Origin: Clostridiales bacterium | GTDB lineage: Bacteria; Bacillota; Clostridia; Christensenellales; JAISNN01 | Reading direction: 5' to 3' | NCBI GenBank assembly: GCA_031275485.1 | Contig: JAISOS010000007.1 | Coordinates: forward strand, 2,618 to 66,617 | DNA length: 64,000 nucleotides | Part shown: positions 31,700-41,084 of the stretch, one piece after another | Position numbering within the stretch: position 1 is the first letter of the stretch | How the letters are laid out: every line of letters begins with the position of its first letter | Notes under the pieces: model-generated | The model's input: the letters and a program-made list of their open reading frames with translations, nothing else | Told to the model about the DNA's origin: nothing | The model's database searches: none | Program-made: the position numbers and the translations under genes

Positions 31700-32671
31700 T
31701 TATACCCCCGAATAGGCGTTGAAGCCCCCGTCTATCGGCAGCACCACGCCGGTAACGAAGCCGCTCGCGCCGTCGTCGGACAAAAAACGAACCGCGCCGA
31801 GAAGCTCGCCAGGCTCTCCGAATCTTTTCATCGGCGTGCCGCTCAAAATCTTTTTCGCGCGCTCCGTCGGCGCGCCGTCCGCTTGGAAAAGTAACGTTCT
31901 GTTTTGGTTCGTTATAAAAAAGCCCGGCGCGAGAGCGTTGACCCTGACGCCCGCCCCCGCGAAATACACGGCGAGCCACTCGGTAAAATTGGAAACCGCC
32001 GCCTTCGCCGCCGAATACGCCGGAATTTTCGTAAGCGGCGTAAAGGCGTTCATCGACGAAATATTGATTATGTTTCCCCCGCCTCTTTCCGCCATACACT
32101 CCGCGAACACTTGCGTCGCCAAAAACGTGCCCTTAAAATTCAAATCGAACACAAAATCGACGCCCTTTTCGGTCAGGTCAAAAAAGCTCTTTTTTTTGTT
32201 CCCGTTTACGTTCGAACCCAAAAAAACCGTTTTATTTCCATCCTTATACGCGCCCGCGCTATGCGAATCCGTTTTACTTTCGTTCTTATCCGAGTAAGCT
32301 GAAACCGCCTCTTTTCCGTCCGCGCGCGCGCTAGCCAAGGACGTATCCTCGCTCATAAAAATTCCGCCGTAAAATTCCTCGTCGGTCGTCGCCGACGGAT
32401 TATTGCCGCCCGCGCCGTTTACAAGCAAATCGCACGCGCCGAAATCTGCCTCTATCCGTTCCCTCGCGCGTTCCAAATCAGCCTTGTTCAAAACGTCCGC
32501 AGCGTAAGCGTTCGCCTCGAATCCCTTTTTTCTAAAATCCTCGGCGAGCCTCTTTGCCGCATCCCCGTTTATGTCGAGCAAGGCGGTTTTGTATCCCCGC
32601 GCCGCCAAATCGGCGGCGATAACTCCGCATAAAACCCCGCCCGCGCCCGTAATAACCGCAATCTTATTCAT
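31700..32671 (-). CDS. uxuB: SDR-family D-mannonate oxidoreductase (fructuronate reductase)
   Basis: TGAGGVLC, NGAGGN, SSMNAFTPLTKIPAYSAAK and DGGFNAYSGV; adjacent to uxuA. Confidence 0.85.
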   Translation of the reverse strand: MNKIAVITGAGGVLCGVIAADLAARGYKTALLDINGDAAKRLAEDFRKKGFEANAYAADVLNKADLERARERIEADFGACDLLVNGAGGNNPSATTDEEFYGGIFMSEDTSLASARADGKEAVSAYSDKNESKTDSHSAGAYKDGNKTVFLGSNVNGNKKKSFFDLTEKGVDFVFDLNFKGTFLATQVFAECMAERGGGNIINISSMNAFTPLTKIPAYSAAKAAVSNFTEWLAVYFAGAGVRVNALAPGFFITNQNRTLLFQADGAPTERAKKILSGTPMKRFGEPGELLGAVRFLSDDGASGFVTGVVLPIDGGFNAYSGV

Positions 32672-33036
32672 AATTCATTCGACCGCCCCCCGTTTTCTTC
32701 ACGTCTTATTTTTACGCGACGCGCGGTATAAAAACCGTTTAACGCCGCCCGCTTTCGCCGCGCTCCCCTTTCCGTATGCCGCATATCAAATATCGAATGT
32801 TTCCGACGTTTGCCGAATTCGTCCTTTCCTCAAATATTTTCCGGAATATTTATTTTTACTCAACGGCGTATTATCGTGCCGTCAAATTTTTTTTACGCCT
32901 TAAATAATTCTTAATTTTCAATTTCCGGCACCGTCGCGGAAAATCCGACGGCGGATAAATTTTTGCGATCGTAAAGACCAACCGTCTTTCGATACGCCTA
33001 CGCGGCTTTGCGGTATATCATAGTATGTATCTATAC

Positions 33037-34212
33037 TCATACATTATTTATTAATTTATTAACGTTTCGGCGAACGCCGAATTTGTCCCGCTTCTTGCCC
33101 GCGTCCGCCGCGCGCTCCTTTACGTACGCCTCGTACAATCCCGCGATATAGCACGCGCCCAAAGCCCTGTCGAATAACCCGTAGCCCGGTCTGCCGTTCT
33201 CACCCCAAATCATTCTGCCGTGATCGGGGCGAACATATCCGTCAAATCCGTCGTCAAGCAGTTTTTTGAGTACGGCGTACATATCTATACCGCCGCATTC
33301 GGACGGGTGCGCGGTCTCGTGAAAATCGTGTTCTCCCGTTATTTCAATATTTCTGAGATGCAAAAAATGTACGCGTCCTTTCGCCGCGTCGGCGATTTCC
33401 TTTAAGCCGTCCGTAATCGCGCCGCCTCGAGAGCCGTTCCGCCTTTTTACGTTTTCACGCCGCGAAAGCAGACCGTTCGCGCCCGTAGCGCCGAAAGAAC
33501 CCGTACAAAACGTTATGCCGTTAGCTTCGCCCGGCGCAAGCCGCAAAAGCCTCCTTACGCTCTCCGCGCCCGTTATGATGCGCGGCAATCCGAATACGCT
33601 CCAAGGCGGATCGTCGGGGTGTATTGCCATCTTGACGCCCGACGCTTCCGCGACGGGAATAATTTCCGACAAAAACGCGCCGAGATTGTCCCACAGCCGC
33701 TCGCCGTCCACGTTTTCGTACCGCGCAAGCAACGCCCTCAAACCGTCCCTCGTATAGCTTTCGTCCCAGCCCGGAAGCGACAGCTTAGAGCGGTCGGGGT
33801 TAAGACGCAAAATATCTTTCCGCTTGTAGGACAGCGCGGACGAACCGTCCGAGAGCGCGTAATTCAGGTCGCTTCTCAGCCAGTCGAACACGGGCATAAA
33901 ATTATAGCATACGCACTTCACACCGTATTTCCCCAAACGACGAATATTTTCCTTATAGTTTTCGATATATCCCGCCGCCGACGGCAAGCCCAACTTTATA
34001 TCCTCGTGAACCGGCAAACTCTCGACAACCTCGCATTCGAGTCCGTTTTCGCGGCATACGCCCGTCAGCCGCGCTATGCTTTCCTCCGGCCAAACGCCGC
34101 CGACGGGGGTATCGTAGAGAGCGGTAACCACGCCCGTTACGACGGGAATCTGCCGTATCTTGCCCAGCGTTATTCTATCGTTTTCACCGTACCACCTAAA
34201 AGTTATTTTCAC
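33037..34212 (-). CDS. uxuA: Mannonate dehydratase
   Basis: TFRWYG, ESLPVHEDIK, CYNFMPVFDW, AIHPDDPP and RPDHGR motifs. Confidence 0.95.
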   Translation of the reverse strand: MKITFRWYGENDRITLGKIRQIPVVTGVVTALYDTPVGGVWPEESIARLTGVCRENGLECEVVESLPVHEDIKLGLPSAAGYIENYKENIRRLGKYGVKCVCYNFMPVFDWLRSDLNYALSDGSSALSYKRKDILRLNPDRSKLSLPGWDESYTRDGLRALLARYENVDGERLWDNLGAFLSEIIPVAEASGVKMAIHPDDPPWSVFGLPRIITGAESVRRLLRLAPGEANGITFCTGSFGATGANGLLSRRENVKRRNGSRGGAITDGLKEIADAAKGRVHFLHLRNIEITGEHDFHETAHPSECGGIDMYAVLKKLLDDGFDGYVRPDHGRMIWGENGRPGYGLFDRALGACYIAGLYEAYVKERAADAGKKRDKFGVRRNVNKLINNV

Positions 34213-34391
34213 GACCGAATCCCTCCTTTCGCGCCGATTTTACGGCGTATTTCACAACGGATTTACGGCGTATTTCGCGCTTATTCACGGCATATTTCGC
34301 GACGCGTCCGCGTATATTTCCGCTATACGCTCGCACCGTTTTCGCGGTGCGGTTTTAACGTTTTTCTCCGCGCATTTTCAGCATATTTTCA

Positions 34392-34511
34392 GGCTCATAT
34401 TCAACCTATCCGACGGCGCGGTTTCAGGTGAATTTTTGAGAGGATTTTAGACGGTTTTCCGCCAAAAAGATAACGAAGACGATTCCCCGTCGGATAGGTT
34501 GAATATGAGCC
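34392..34511. repeat. 120-bp element with perfect 25-bp terminal inverted repeats
   Basis: ggctcatattcaacctatccgacgg (34392-34416) and its exact reverse complement (34487-34511). Confidence 0.9.
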
Positions 34512-34781
34512 GATTTTCATTGAACTTTTTTGTTATAAGCGGCGGTATTGCTCATTATTTTTTCCGCCGGATTTTTTGCAAAACCGACGGCGTTACACCT
34601 TATTTCTCAATTTCTCACTCCGTTTTTTCATAAAAATCCGAACGCCGTTTTACGGCGGATTTCAACCGCCTTTCGCGGCATATTCTTAATACCGCGTTTA
34701 TCCGAATATGCGGCGGCGCCTCAGCCTCGTTTTCCGCCAAGTATCTTTTCCGTTCTGAAATAAGCTCTTTTTCCATCGATT

Positions 34782-36356
34782 TCAACGGCTTTTTATGACG
34801 CGTTTCATATTGAAATAAGCTATTTTTTCCGCCGTCGCCACAAGGCTCTCCTCACGATCCGAAAAGCGCGAAAGATAATCGGACAGAACCATACGGAAAT
34901 AGTCGTGCCTCGCGTATGACAAAAAGCTACGGCTGTCCGTCAGCATACCGGGTATTTTCTCTATATGCGACAGTTCGCCGATTTTGGCGAAGTATTCGTA
35001 AAGCCCGTTTCTGTGGTCGTTGAACCACCACGGCGCGCCTACGGCGATTCCCGAAAAAGAATCGGCGAGAGTTATCAGCGGATAGTAATACGAGGGGTTT
35101 AAGGTATAGAGAATAACCTTCGGCAGACCCGAAACATCCTCTTTTTGCCCGAAAAAACCGTCGGCGTTTTTTATTTTATTTAAAGCCGCGTCCATGCCGT
35201 TCGCGACCGCGTTTTCGGCGTCGCTTGAAACCACGCCGTCCGGCAGGCTAAGATACCCGCCGAACGCCGCGCCGAAGCCCGCCGCCGCGTTTAAAACCGC
35301 AATCAACGCCCGAATAGGCAGGCTCTCCGCTACGGTATCGTAACCGCCGTCCGCGCCCGAAACGAGGTACGCCGCCGCGTTTATATTCCGCAAAACGCCC
35401 GAATGCAACTGCGCGGTAAAGCCGTATCTCGCGCACGCGGCAAGCCACCACGGATAAATAAAGCCGAGATATAGCGAACGCGTCCGTCCGTCTGCACATT
35501 TGCCTCTACGGGCGTCCGAAAAAGCTCTTTCCGCGCCGCCGAAGCTTTGGTCGAGGCTCGGAAATTCTCTATTCGGCGCGGCGTTTATACCCGTTTTCTC
35601 CGGATAAATCCCGCGCGGAATATCGCTTATATCCGGAAAGCTTTCTATGCCTATATCGGCGAAAAGACAGCCCGCCGCCGCAAAGTCGGCCATACGGCGT
35701 TCTAAGGCTTTCAAAAAATCCGCGAAGCCCGTTATCGAAAGACCGCCGCAAGCGGCGGATAATTTTTCCGTATAAGCGGAAAAATCGGGCGCGGAAAGAT
35801 TAAAAGCTCTGTCGGCGCGGAAAGTCGGCGCGACTCTCGTCTTGAAATTTTTGTCGCCTCGCAATTGCAAATGAAAGGTCAAATCATCCGCCGGATCGTC
35901 CGTCGTCGCTATATATTCCACGTTAGAAGCCTCTATCAGCTTGCGCGGCGACAACCGTCTTTCCCGTATCGCGACGTCCGCCTCCGCCCGTATTTTTTCG
36001 GCGTTTCCGACGGTCAGCGGTTTCTCTATTCCGAAATATTTCGACAGCTCGAGGCGCGCCCAATCGCGCAAAGGATTGCCGTAGGCGCGTTCTGCGGCGC
36101 ACGCGAACGCCGCGAATTTTTCACCGTCCGAAGCTTCGCCCGTAATGTATTTTTCACCGATTCCGAAGCCGCGCATAAGCCGCCATTTGTAATGGTCCGC
36201 GCCAAGCCACAGCTTGGAAAGCCCATCAAATTCCGCGTCTTCAAAAATCTCGCGCGGACTCAAATGGCAATGATAATCTATTATCGGCAAAGCCTCTATG
36301 CCGCTGAAAATGCGTTCGGCTTTCGCCGTTTTTAAAATTTCAGTTTTAACGCTCAT
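34782..36356 (-). CDS. uxaC: Uronate isomerase
   Basis: PIIDYHCHLSP, WLGADHYKWRLMR, TTDDP, WWFND and MLTDSRSFLSYARHDYFR motifs. Confidence 0.93.
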   Translation of the reverse strand: MSVKTEILKTAKAERIFSGIEALPIIDYHCHLSPREIFEDAEFDGLSKLWLGADHYKWRLMRGFGIGEKYITGEASDGEKFAAFACAAERAYGNPLRDWARLELSKYFGIEKPLTVGNAEKIRAEADVAIRERRLSPRKLIEASNVEYIATTDDPADDLTFHLQLRGDKNFKTRVAPTFRADRAFNLSAPDFSAYTEKLSAACGGLSITGFADFLKALERRMADFAAAGCLFADIGIESFPDISDIPRGIYPEKTGINAAPNREFPSLDQSFGGAERAFSDARRGKCADGRTRSLYLGFIYPWWLAACARYGFTAQLHSGVLRNINAAAYLVSGADGGYDTVAESLPIRALIAVLNAAAGFGAAFGGYLSLPDGVVSSDAENAVANGMDAALNKIKNADGFFGQKEDVSGLPKVILYTLNPSYYYPLITLADSFSGIAVGAPWWFNDHRNGLYEYFAKIGELSHIEKIPGMLTDSRSFLSYARHDYFRMVLSDYLSRFSDREESLVATAEKIAYFNMKRVIKSR

Positions 36357-36792
36357 ACGCATCTCTTCCTTATAGCGCTTATACGCCTTTGCCGTTTCGA
36401 CCGGAGCGCGGAGCTTGTATTTCCGTTTTAGTTCTTGAAGCCGTCTTCTCCGTTCGTTTTCTCTTAATTCCCGCCCGCTTTATGCGGTCGGTTTTCCGCT
36501 TGCGCAACACAACAACTTTCTCGGGTTCGTTTTCTCCCGCCGCAATTCTTTTATTTCATTCGGTTTTCATTTTCAAAGCGATTTGACCTCGGAGTTTTCT
36601 TTTGTTTGAATCCGTTTTATTCCGTCGGTTCTCCGCTTCGCGGCAATTTTCTTGCGCTCGTTTTCTCCCGCCGCAAACCGTTAATTCCTAAACTTTTTTC
36701 TTTTTCAAAATCGTTTTTCGGTCTTTTTTGTTTCAACCCGTTTCGTTCCGCATATTTTCCCGCCGCACCGTCCGAAAGGATCCGTGCGACGA

Positions 36793-37818
36793 CTAACGTT
36801 GCACCCTGCCGCTCGCGTCGCCGTTCATAAGGCTTTCGACTTCGCCTTTCGAGGCGATATTAAAGTCTCCCTCCACAGTATGCTTCAAGCATGACGCGGC
36901 GGCGGCGAAATCCACGGCGTACTGAGGATGCATTTTATTGATTAACGAATAAATAAGCCCGGCTGTAAAGCTGTCGCCGGCCCCCACTCTGTCCACTATG
37001 CCGACGAGATATTCTTTTGAGCGGAAACCTCCCTCGGCCGTAGTCAAAACCCCCGCCCAACGGTTGACCGACGCGGAAACGCTGCCGCGCAGGGTAAAGG
37101 CCGTCGCTTTCAGATTACGGAACTTATCCGTCAAAACCTCCGCCAAAGCCGAATAGCCTGCGGCGTCGATAACTCCCGCGTCGATATCCGATCCTTGCGC
37201 CTCCAATCCGAAAACCTCTTTGCATTCCTCCTCGTTGGAAATCAAAACGTCCGAATAGCCTATAAGCTCCGACATAACCTCTCCCGCCTTTTGTTTGCTC
37301 CAAAGCTTTTTTCGGTAATTTAGGTCGCACGACACGGTAACGCGCCGCTTTTTCGCCTCTTTCAGCAGCGCGAGAAGCGTATCTAATACGTTTTGAGAGA
37401 GCGCGGCGGTTATGCCCGAAAAATGAAACCATTCGACGCCGGAAAAGAGCGCGTTAAAATCGATTTCATTAGACGATATTTCGTTTATACTCGAATTTTT
37501 CCTGTCGTATATAATTCTGCCGGGACGCTGCGACGCTCCCTTTTCGCTGAAATATAAGCCTAGGCGCCCGCCGCCGCGAATAATAAACCGCGTATCCACG
37601 CCGCGTTTCTTAAGCTCCGCGATACAAGCGTCGCCGAGCGCGTTCTCGGGGAGCTTTGTCAAAAACGCCGCGTCCTCGCCGAAGCCCGTTAGGGAAACCG
37701 CGACGTTAGCCTCGCCGCCGCCGAAACAGCTCTCGTACAAATCGGCCTGAAAAAACCGCTTATAGCCTACCGGCTGCAATCGCATCATTATTTCTCCGAA
37801 AGTCAAAATTCTGCCCAT
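36793..37818 (-). CDS. kdgK: 2-keto-3-deoxygluconate kinase (PfkB family)
   Basis: FGEIMMRL, GGGEANVA, DLNYRKKLW and DRVGAGDSF motifs. Confidence 0.92.
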   Translation of the reverse strand: MGRILTFGEIMMRLQPVGYKRFFQADLYESCFGGGEANVAVSLTGFGEDAAFLTKLPENALGDACIAELKKRGVDTRFIIRGGGRLGLYFSEKGASQRPGRIIYDRKNSSINEISSNEIDFNALFSGVEWFHFSGITAALSQNVLDTLLALLKEAKKRRVTVSCDLNYRKKLWSKQKAGEVMSELIGYSDVLISNEEECKEVFGLEAQGSDIDAGVIDAAGYSALAEVLTDKFRNLKATAFTLRGSVSASVNRWAGVLTTAEGGFRSKEYLVGIVDRVGAGDSFTAGLIYSLINKMHPQYAVDFAAAASCLKHTVEGDFNIASKGEVESLMNGDASGRVQR

Positions 37819-38092
37819 ACGTTCCCGTCCCCTCCCGCCGTTTGAAATTACGCTAAGCCTGCGGCGCGATACGCGTCCCCTATATGCGCCCCGACCGTTC
37901 GGCTTTTTACGCGTTTTTATATTCGTTTTACGCCGCCTCGAACGCTCGGCTTTTCATAGCTCTTTTGCGGCGTGTTTTTATAAACGTTTTTAACGTTAGC
38001 TCTTTATGCGTTTCGTATGCGTTTCACGCTTGATTTTCACGCGTTTTTACATTCGTTTTACGCGCCTCGAACGCTCGGCTTCTCATATGTTT

Positions 38093-38824
38093 TTACGCGC
38101 GCTTTTTTATTCCGGCGGCAGTTATTTTTTTAATCCATTTTTCCGCGTCGGAGGATGCGGTTAGATTGCTTCCCGCGCCGCATGCCGACGCGCCCGCAGC
38201 GAACCAATCGTCGAGATTGCGCAGGCTCACGCCGCCCGTAACCATGAATTTGACGTTCGGAAACGGCGCTCTCAACGCTTTCAAGACGGCGATGTCCGCC
38301 GGAAACAATTTCACAAAATCCGCGCCGTATTCAAGTACGGAAAGTAGCTCCGTCGCCGTGGCTATTCCGGGAAATACGGCGGCTGAATAGCGGTTGCAAA
38401 GCTTGACGACCTCCGCGCTTGCCGCGGGCGATACGACAAATTCCGCTCCCGCGAGAATCGCCGCCCTCGCGGTTTCGGCGTCCAAAACCGTGCCCGCGCC
38501 CACGATAACGCCGCCGTTATCCGTGCCGCAACCATTATCCGCAACGGTATTGTTCGCCTTATCGATACGGCTAACTATACCGAGCCTTTCCGCTCCGCCG
38601 CCGCAATTATTAACTTCGACATCGTCACGCGCGCCGCAATTATAGCGCGTCCGCAATTCCTTTATAACGTCGTCCGCGCCGCGAACCGTAAAAGTTACCT
38701 CCAAAATTCTCACGCCGCCGAGAACCAGTCTGTCGGCGGTTTTCAAGACGTCGTCCTTGCCGCCCCTTAATACCGCCGCCAATTTATTTTTTTCAAAGTA
38801 TTCGTAGACGCTTGCGCGGTTCAT
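38093..38824 (-). CDS. eda: KDPG/KHG aldolase
   Basis: AVLR, LEVTF, VGAGTVLD, VKLFPA and MVTGGV motifs. Confidence 0.92.
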   Translation of the reverse strand: MNRASVYEYFEKNKLAAVLRGGKDDVLKTADRLVLGGVRILEVTFTVRGADDVIKELRTRYNCGARDDVEVNNCGGGAERLGIVSRIDKANNTVADNGCGTDNGGVIVGAGTVLDAETARAAILAGAEFVVSPAASAEVVKLCNRYSAAVFPGIATATELLSVLEYGADFVKLFPADIAVLKALRAPFPNVKFMVTGGVSLRNLDDWFAAGASACGAGSNLTASSDAEKWIKKITAAGIKKRA

Positions 38825-39178
38825 ACTGCTCCTCCGTATATCGGCGTTTGCCTAAATTTCCAAAACCGCTATTTAGAGCCGCCGTATTTTATATTCGGCA
38901 TTATTTTTATCCGTCATAAAATTCCGGCGAATTCCGGTGCGGATTCTCTCCGTTAATCGCGGAATTTTTCAAACACGATACGCCGAAAAATTGCTCCGGC
39001 GATTTTCTTAATAAACGTAAACCCGCTTACATTAAAAACGCGGAATTTACGTAATTTGCGAAAGATTTTTGCGGCTGTTAAGAGGGTTTTTTGCCGTATC
39101 GCCGCCGCAGTTTTGAAAAACCGGCGCAAAAGAACCGCGAATACCGGCGTTTTAAGCCGCGAATACAAGGTTTTACTT

Positions 39179-39207
39179 ATTATATATTTTTTCGGCGCGG
39201 AAATCAA
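39179..39207 (-). promoter_or_regulatory. sigma-A promoter of the eda-kdgK-uxaC-uxuA cluster
   Basis: TTGATT-17 nt-TATAAT, back to back with the araC promoter. Confidence 0.65.
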
Positions 39208-39228
39208 TAGTTTTTTTAAAAAAAAATA

Positions 39229-39257
39229 TGGACAAAACGGATATTTAATGATATAAT
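39229..39257 (+). promoter_or_regulatory. sigma-A promoter of the AraC regulator
   Basis: TGGACA-17 nt-TATAAT with TGn extension. Confidence 0.65.
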
Positions 39258-39329
39258 ATCTCCGTAAAGAATGAAAACGACGGGTATTCGGAAATTTTAC
39301 GTTTTTATTCGCAGAAGGAAAACCGCAGT

Positions 39330-40070
39330 ATGGCGTCGCTTACATATATTGGAAAACAAGCCAAAACCTATCTTATTTCGATGCATAAGCATACGGATTT
39401 GGAAATAATTTATTGCACGCAGGGCGACGGCGCGCTGAAATTCGCGGACGGCGCGGTGTTGGATTACGTTCCGGGCGACATTTTGATTATTCCGCCCGAA
39501 ACGCCGCATATGAATTTTTCAGACACGGGATTCAAAAATATTCATTTAAAAATCACCGATCTTATTCCGCCCTACAAAAACCGCGCCAAAATACACGACG
39601 CGGACGGAATTGTCAAGCAGCTCTTGAAACAGCTGATTTTGGTTTCCGTTTCGGAGATGAAAAACAAAAACGCCGTCGTACAAAACTATATCGAACTGCT
39701 TTTAAACCTGCTTGCGGGACTTGCCGACGCGGAATACTATTCGGAATACGTGGAAAAAATCAAAAATAAGCTGATTGAAAATTTCGGCGACTGCTACTTC
39801 GACGTCGCCGAATATCTGGAAACTCTGCCGCACAGCCCCGAATATCTGCGCAAGCTGTTCATCAAGGAAACGGGCGTTTCCCCGATAAAATTCTTAACGA
39901 AAATACGTCTGGAAAACGCCAAAAAGCTTCTCAACTCGGCGGCGAGCGACTCGAACCGCCTCAAAATTAAGGAAATTGCCGAGATGTGCGGCTTTTCCGA
40001 TCCGTTATACTTCTCGCGTACATATAAGAAATACTACGGAATCCCGCCCGGCGGCTTTTTAAAATCTTAA
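39330..40070 (+). CDS. AraC family transcriptional regulator
   Basis: Cupin HKHTDLEI; C-terminal IKEIAEMCGFSDPLYFSRTYKKYYGIPP. Confidence 0.93.
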   Translation: MASLTYIGKQAKTYLISMHKHTDLEIIYCTQGDGALKFADGAVLDYVPGDILIIPPETPHMNFSDTGFKNIHLKITDLIPPYKNRAKIHDADGIVKQLLKQLILVSVSEMKNKNAVVQNYIELLLNLLAGLADAEYYSEYVEKIKNKLIENFGDCYFDVAEYLETLPHSPEYLRKLFIKETGVSPIKFLTKIRLENAKKLLNSAASDSNRLKIKEIAEMCGFSDPLYFSRTYKKYYGIPPGGFLKS

Positions 40071-40222
40071 ACGCAAGAGCCCGTCAGAAAAGTCAAAGAC
40101 GGCTGAAGATTCCAAACCGCTTCCGTCTTTTCATTGCCGCGAAAAAAAATTTCCCGTTAAAAAATATCTCGATCGGCTTCGAAACGGACGGCAACAAAAT
40201 ATCCGCAAAAACGCTTTTTTAT

Positions 40223-40534
40223 TCAAAGGCTTGTCTTTTCGGCGTCGGGTAAAAAGATTATCTGTCCGAAAAAAATCTCGTTTATTCCGCCGTTCAATTC
40301 GCTTATCAGGCGCGGTTCTATACCGTGTTTTTTCGCGACGGATTCTATCGTGTCGAAAGGTTCGGCATAATAGATTTTTCCGGGATTTCTGCGCACCAAA
40401 AGTCGCATCCCGCAAAAAACCGCGTCCTCCGAAAGACCGTTGTCGTTCAGTATCACGGCGGCGGGAATATTTTCGGACGCCGCTATATCCTTAATCGTTT
40501 CGCCGTTTTCCACTCTTCTAACCTTATATTCCAT
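40223..40534 (-). CDS. Double LysM domain protein
   Basis: VENGETIKDIA...N and AEPFDTIESVAKKHGI...LN...GQIIFLP. Confidence 0.8.
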   Translation of the reverse strand: MEYKVRRVENGETIKDIAASENIPAAVILNDNGLSEDAVFCGMRLLVRRNPGKIYYAEPFDTIESVAKKHGIEPRLISELNGGINEIFFGQIIFLPDAEKTSL

Positions 40535-40707
40535 CGAAAGCCTCCTTATAAGCCTCACTTTTAGGAATATTATTCCGTAAAACCCCGTTTGTTCGTGAAT
40601 ATTTTACCGCCTTAAATACTCTGTAAAAGCGTTTGTCGGGAGTATTACGACGCTAAGAATACCCGATTTATTAGGGTTATTATGACGCGAAGAATATCTC
40701 TTTTTTA

Positions 40708-40864
40708 ATAGACCTTTTTTGAAACCGTGCCGACGGTATCTTTTACGTGCCGCCACGCCGTTTTTTTACTAACATGACGGGAAATACGCGCCGTCAAAAA
40801 ATGACGTGGCGGTGCTCGAAAACCGCCTAAAAGCTATTCGCCGTCAAGTCTAAAAGATCTCTAA
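40708..40864 (-). mobile_element. MITE-like family D copy
   Basis: Reverse complement aligns with 48776-48918 (acttgacggc...tttgacggcgcgta...aaaagat.ccgt.ggc...aggtct). Confidence 0.75.
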
Positions 40865-41084
40865 TTATTAATACCTCTCAAAATACCCCTTTTGCTCAAA
40901 GTATCGTACCGCCAAAAATATCCCGTCTCTAATTAAATATGATTACGCCTCGAAAACGCCCCGCTACTCGGCGTAATATATTATATCTTTCAAAGCCTTT
41001 CGTTATTCTGAATTTCATGCATTTTATTCCGTCGTTTTTTTTAATTCTAACAAGAAAACGCTCCGTGCGGCATAAGATATTCCT

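Noticed and set aside
7915-38643. Protein inserts as inteins or coding-sequence MITE (RPE-like) insertions
   Set aside because: There are no intein terminal motifs, the inserts are too short, and I see no similarity among them or to the intergenic repeat families.
40565-40980. Degenerate ~35-bp array as a CRISPR array
   Set aside because: The units are adjacent and highly diverged, with no constant repeat or unique spacers.
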